Positions 59,734 through 64,000 of a stretch of DNA of 64,000 nucleotides are shown one piece after another (within the stretch, counting starts at the first letter, position 1; the number at the start of each line of letters is the position of its first letter). The position numbers and the translations under genes were made by a program. The stretch is from a bacterium. Its GTDB lineage: Bacteria > JADJOY01. The notes beneath the pieces are model-generated. The model ran no database searches. It saw only the letters and a program-made list of their open reading frames with translations, and was not told where the DNA came from. Location: NCBI GenBank assembly GCA_046331705.1, contig JAXLQJ010000017.1:62001-126000 (forward strand). The letters are read 5' to 3'.

Positions 59734-60709
59734 CACGTCCGCACGAGCACGCCGCGGGCGATGGCTTCTCGTCGCGACCCTCGCGCTGGCGCCGTTCGCG
59801 CTCGCCGCGACCGCCCGCGCCGTCCCCGTGGCGATCGACGATCCCGAGATCGTCGCGGGCATGGACGCGCTCGGCGCCGGCGACGGCGAGCGCGCGCGGA
59901 CCATCCTGGAACGCGTCGCGCCGCGCCTCACCGCCGAGTGCAGCGCGCTACGCGAGAGCCTGGACGGCGACGATGCGCGACTCGTGAGCGCGTGCCACGG
60001 CGCCGCGAGCGCCTGGATCCACCTCGGTCTCGCGCGCGGGCTCGGCAGCGACGGCGCGCTCGCGCACCAGGCTTTCACGCGTGGTCTCGCGCTCGAGCCG
60101 GCGGCGCTGCCGCGCGCAGCGCTCACTCCCCCCAAGCTGCGCAAGCTCTTCGAGGCCGCGCGTCAGGCGGCGCTCGGCCGCGAGCAGGCGGCGGACCCCG
60201 GCGGCATCGCCGGGATCGAGCATCACCCACCGCTCGTCGCCACCCGCGGCCAGCCGCTCCCGCTCGACGTGCGCGTCCACGGCGCGTGGACGAAGGGCGG
60301 TTCGATCGACGTCGTCTACGTCGTCGCGGGATTCGACCAACCGCCGGTGCGCGCCCGGCTTCGCCCCGACGGCGCGCTCGCCAGCACGGAGATCCCCGCG
60401 GGCGTGCTGCTCGCGAGTCGCGTTCTTCACTACCGCTTCGACGCCGTCGATTCCGAGGGACGCGTGCACCGCAGCCGCTGGTACCCGGTGTACGTCGTCG
60501 AATCGCTCGCCGACGTCGAGCGAGGCATTCGGGACCGGCTCGCCGACGAGATCGATGGGCCCGCGCTGGCGTCGATCGACCAGCTGCGCGTCGCCAGCGA
60601 GCTCGCTTCCGCTACGGCCCTCCCCGATGGCGTGAGTCCCGTCGCGCGCCGCCCGGAGTCGCCGGATCGCAGCGTCGCCGGCGAGGTCGCCGCCGCGATC
60701 TTCCGCTGA
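59726..60709 (+). CDS. Secreted TPR-like + Ig-like hypothetical protein
   Basis: Signal peptide WLLVATLALAPFALAATARA; helical repeat ...ALALEP...PPKLRKLFEAAR; IEHHPP...LHYRFDAVD beta domain. Confidence 0.7.
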   Translation: MADTSARARRGRWLLVATLALAPFALAATARAVPVAIDDPEIVAGMDALGAGDGERARTILERVAPRLTAECSALRESLDGDDARLVSACHGAASAWIHLGLARGLGSDGALAHQAFTRGLALEPAALPRAALTPPKLRKLFEAARQAALGREQAADPGGIAGIEHHPPLVATRGQPLPLDVRVHGAWTKGGSIDVVYVVAGFDQPPVRARLRPDGALASTEIPAGVLLASRVLHYRFDAVDSEGRVHRSRWYPVYVVESLADVERGIRDRLADEIDGPALASIDQLRVASELASATALPDGVSPVARRPESPDRSVAGEVAAAIFR

Positions 60710-60716
60710 TCCGGGG

Positions 60717-62447
60717 CTACGGCCAGGGCCCGGACTTGGCGCCGTCGCTGTCGAGGGTGAGCGGCGGATCCTCGGAGGCCGGCGGACGCACGCCTGCGGC
60801 GCTGATCGTGTACTTGTCGCAGAGCCCGTCGTCGTCCGTGTCGGTGACCGTGATCGTGTACCAGTAGTCGCTACCGTCCAGCGCGACGCCGAGGTCGGGA
60901 AGCTGCGTGCCGGAGTCACTGTAGGTCTTGGATCCCGGGCAATTGCCCGAGCCGTCGTCGTACGAGAACGAGCCTCCCGAGAAGAGACGCTCGAGGCCGC
61001 TGGCGATGGCTTCGACGTTCCGCCGCGCCTGCGCGCGTGCGTCTGCGATCGGCAACCCCACCGGCGATCCCGGCAAGACGTCGCCATACCCGAGGCGAAT
61101 CAAGAGGGGCCGCAGAAACACCCGCCAGCCCATGCCCGCGGAACCCACCGCCAGCAGCGTCAGCGCGAGCCACCAGGCCCAGCTGCTGGAGCGCGACGCA
61201 CGTCCGCGCCCCGCGCCCGAACGATCCGAGGCGCTCGAGTCCCCGTCCTCGAACGGAAGCGGCGACGGCGGCGTGAGGTGGTTCGGCGCGATTCGCTGCG
61301 GCGGCGCTCCCGCGTGCGAAGCGCTCTCGGGTGGCGGCACGAACGGCGTGCGCTGCTCGAAGAACCGCGACTTGCCCCGCAGATCGCTGGCGATCTGGCG
61401 GGCGTCCGCGTACCGATCGTCCCGATCCTTCGCGAGCGCCTTGAGGATCACGCGCTCGATGCGCTCGGGCAGGTCGGGGCGGTGAGCACGCGGCGGGTCC
61501 GGCTGCTCGTTCACGTGCATGAGCGCCGTCTCGAGCGGCGTCGCTCCCTGGAACGGCACGTCGCCGGTGAACATCTGGTAGAGGACGACGCCGAACGAGT
61601 AGAGATCGGCGCGGTGGTCGAGCGGGACGCCACGCTTCGGGTTCGCTTGCTCCGGCGAGATGTAGACCGGCGTGCCGACCATCTGCCCGCTGGCGCTGAG
61701 CTGGGTGGTGTCGATCGCCTTGGCGAGACCGAAATCGAGGATCTTGACGACCCAGCGGGACTCGGGAGCGTCGGGGTCGAGCAACACCGAGCCGAAGCGC
61801 GTCGCGGGATCGACCAGAAAGATGTTGTGCGGCTTGACGTCGCGATGGATGACACCGCTCGCGTGGGCGTACGCGAGCCCTTGGGCCACCTGGCAGGCGA
61901 CGTCGATGCCATCGGCGATCGAGAGCGGACCGTGCACCTGGATCTGGGTCTTGAGGTCGGTCCCCTCCAGGAACTCCATCGACAGGTAGAACACGTCGCC
62001 CACGTTTCCGAGGTCGAAGACCTTCAGGATGTTCGGGTGCGACAGACGTCGTGCGACGCGGGTCTCGTGCTTGAAGCGCTCGACGATGGTCTCGTCGGCG
62101 GGGATCAGGCTCGGGTGGATGATCTTGAGCGCGACGGTCTCGTCCAGGTCGCGATCGTGGGCGCGGTACACGACCCCCATGCCGCCGCGGCCGATCTTCT
62201 CGACGATGTCGTAGCGCCCCGCCACCAAGGCCCCGGGCCGAAAGAGCGAGGCCCCGAAGTCGGCGCCTGCTTCGGTGGGATACGTGGCCCCCGAACCGGA
62301 CCCCGACCCGGCCGCCGCCGCCGCAGCGGCCGCCGGGTCGCGCGTCGTCACCGCGTTGCCCGCCGCCACCGGCGCGAGCGCCATGCCGCAGCACGTGCAG
62401 ACGGCGGCAGCGCCATCGAGCGCGGTATGACAGCGGGGACAATCCAT
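60717..62447 (-). CDS. Membrane Ser/Thr protein kinase with N-terminal zinc ribbon and C-terminal type IV pilin-like domain
   Basis: CPRC...CTCC; GRGGMGVVY, VALK, HRDVKPHN, DFG, GTPVYISPEQ, DLYSFG; TM WAWWLALTLLAVG; C-terminal ADARAQARRNVEAIASGLERLF...YTIT...YTISAAG...LTLDSDGAK. Confidence 0.92.
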   Translation of the reverse strand: MDCPRCHTALDGAAAVCTCCGMALAPVAAGNAVTTRDPAAAAAAAAGSGSGSGATYPTEAGADFGASLFRPGALVAGRYDIVEKIGRGGMGVVYRAHDRDLDETVALKIIHPSLIPADETIVERFKHETRVARRLSHPNILKVFDLGNVGDVFYLSMEFLEGTDLKTQIQVHGPLSIADGIDVACQVAQGLAYAHASGVIHRDVKPHNIFLVDPATRFGSVLLDPDAPESRWVVKILDFGLAKAIDTTQLSASGQMVGTPVYISPEQANPKRGVPLDHRADLYSFGVVLYQMFTGDVPFQGATPLETALMHVNEQPDPPRAHRPDLPERIERVILKALAKDRDDRYADARQIASDLRGKSRFFEQRTPFVPPPESASHAGAPPQRIAPNHLTPPSPLPFEDGDSSASDRSGAGRGRASRSSSWAWWLALTLLAVGSAGMGWRVFLRPLLIRLGYGDVLPGSPVGLPIADARAQARRNVEAIASGLERLFSGGSFSYDDGSGNCPGSKTYSDSGTQLPDLGVALDGSDYWYTITVTDTDDDGLCDKYTISAAGVRPPASEDPPLTLDSDGAKSGPWP

Positions 62448-62716
62448 GGCGGGTCGGCGGGCGGGAGGAATCGGCTAGCGTGATACAAGCCCGCCCCCAA
62501 GCAAAGCCACCGCGACGCACGACCGGGCTCGGTGCCTACCGACGGGCACGCGGCCTGCCGCGCGGCGTGCCGGGCGACTCGAGACGGCCGCCCCACTGGC
62601 GAGCGCGAAGAAGCGCGTCTCACCTCGCCTTTACGGTGCGTTTCACTCGGTGGTAGATCCCGAGCCCTTCCCTGCCCTTCGTCTCCCAGCACGCGATTGC
62701 CCGCTCGTCCCTCGCG

Positions 62717-63874
62717 ATGGACATCGCCCCCCGCGCGGTCGCCACGATCGATCTCGACCGGCTGGCGCGCAACCTGGCGCGCATCCGAGAGCGGGTCGGC
62801 CCGGCGGTGCGCGTGCTGGGTGTGGTGAAGGCGGACGCGTACGGCCACGGCATGGCGCCGATCGCGCGGCGGCTGGTCGCCGAGGGCGTGTGGGGGCTCG
62901 GCGTGTCCTCGCCGAGCGAAGGGCAGTACCTGCGCGGCCTCGGTCTCGCTTGCCCGATCGTGGTGCTCGCGGGCGCGCGTCCCAACGAGGCGCGCGCCGT
63001 GGTCGAAGAGCGGCTGACGCCGATGATCGACGACGCCAGCGACGCGCGCGCGCTCGCCGAGGCCGCGAATGCGCTCGGCCGCACGGTGCGCGTCCACGTC
63101 AAGGTCGACACCGGCATGGGACGGCTCGGGATCGCGCCCGACGAGCTGGTGCCGTTCCTCCGCTTCATCCGATCGCTCGGCGGGCTCGAGGTCGAGGGGC
63201 TGATGTCCCATCTCTCGGTGGCCGAGGACCCCAGCCTCGACGCGCGCCGCTTCACGGCGCGTCAGCTCGCCCTCTTCGACGAGAAGATCGACGAGGCGAC
63301 GCACGCGGGCTTTCGCGTCTCGATGACGCACATCGCCAACAGCGGCGGCACGCTCCACCACGCGGTGGGTCGCCACAACTTGGTGCGACCGGGGCTCGCG
63401 CTCTACGGTGTCGATCCCGATCCCGCCGCCGCCAGCGCGCTCGAACCCGTCATGGAGGTGCGCGGCACCGTGCTCAAGGTGCGCGAGGTCCCGACAGGCA
63501 CGCCGGTGAGCTACCGTCGCCTCTTCGTCACCGAGCGCCCCACGCGCATCGCCGTGCTCGCCTTCGGTTACGCCGACGGCGTTCCCGTGGCACTCTCCAA
63601 CCGTGGCCAGGTGGCGATCGGCGGCAAGCGGCATGCGATCCGGGGCGCGGTGACGATGGACATGACGCTCGTCGACGTGACCGACTCACCCGAGGTTCGC
63701 GCCGGCGACGAAGCGGTGCTCTTCGGCCATGGCGCGGGCAGTCCCGCGGTCGCGGAGGTCGCGTCCCTCGCCGGCACCATTCCCTACGAGATCCTGTGCT
63801 CGGTCGGCCCACGGGTGAAGCGCGTGGTGGTCGCGAGCGACACGCCCCGGCGCGAAGCAGCCCATGGCCGCTGA
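62717..63874 (+). CDS. alr: Alanine racemase
   Basis: VVKADAYGHG, HVKVDTGMGRLG, HIANSG, VRPGLALYG, GYADG, GTIPYEI. Confidence 0.97.
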   Translation: MDIAPRAVATIDLDRLARNLARIRERVGPAVRVLGVVKADAYGHGMAPIARRLVAEGVWGLGVSSPSEGQYLRGLGLACPIVVLAGARPNEARAVVEERLTPMIDDASDARALAEAANALGRTVRVHVKVDTGMGRLGIAPDELVPFLRFIRSLGGLEVEGLMSHLSVAEDPSLDARRFTARQLALFDEKIDEATHAGFRVSMTHIANSGGTLHHAVGRHNLVRPGLALYGVDPDPAAASALEPVMEVRGTVLKVREVPTGTPVSYRRLFVTERPTRIAVLAFGYADGVPVALSNRGQVAIGGKRHAIRGAVTMDMTLVDVTDSPEVRAGDEAVLFGHGAGSPAVAEVASLAGTIPYEILCSVGPRVKRVVVASDTPRREAAHGR

Positions 63875-64000
63875 CGAGATACCGCGGCTGCTCCGCCCGG
63901 TTCGCGCGCTGGGCGAGCGGATCGTCGCCTTCGTCACCGAGGTCGGCGGTGTCGCGTTGCTCTTCGTGCGCGCGCTGCAGTGGATCCCGCGCCGGCCGTT
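63864..64000 (+). CDS. mlaE: Probable MlaE family ABC permease (partial, runs off right edge)
   Basis: MAADEIPRLLRPVRALGERIVAFVTEVGGVALLFVRALQWIPRRP resembles an MlaE N-terminus; overlaps the alr stop; alr-mlaE adjacency is known in Deltaproteobacteria. Confidence 0.65.
   Translation, partial: MAADEIPRLLRPVRALGERIVAFVTEVGGVALLFVRALQWIPRRP

Overview
A 64-kb window of very GC-rich bacterial chromosome. The alr-mlaE gene order, sigma-54 systems, Ser/Thr kinases and RFO-DUF3501 pair suggest a Deltaproteobacteria/Myxococcota-like lineage, but that is inference. About 50 genes are densely packed. I saw no rRNA, tRNA, CRISPR array, integrase or transposase. Housekeeping and metabolic genes include a TRAP dctP (cut by the left edge), addAB, yjbQ, an acyl-CoA dehydrogenase, lgt, a wax ester synthase, purC, a DciA/DUF721 protein, alr and mlaE (cut by the right edge). 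The most striking pattern is type IV pilus parts appearing outside a pilus operon: (i) an intact membrane Ser/Thr kinase whose extracytoplasmic domain looks like a PilE-type pilin head, (ii) a DUF4140/DUF4139 protein with PilQ secretin N0-N1 domains inserted, (iii) an orphan PilB/PilC-like motor pair with a small secreted protein, and (iv) a degenerate PilZ-pseudokinase-receiver fusion. Other notable modules are a sigma-54 unit (histidine kinase, active bEBP, dead bEBP and a consensus -24/-12 promoter) driving a lipoprotein / C-lobe-only pseudokinase-TPR-PEGA (split by one in-frame TAG) / secreted protein operon, a stripped-down Wsp-like chemosensory-c-di-GMP cassette, a translationally coupled bacterial cereblon operon, and an RRM gene that appears to start at ATT. 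All family calls come from reading motifs by eye; no database search was run.
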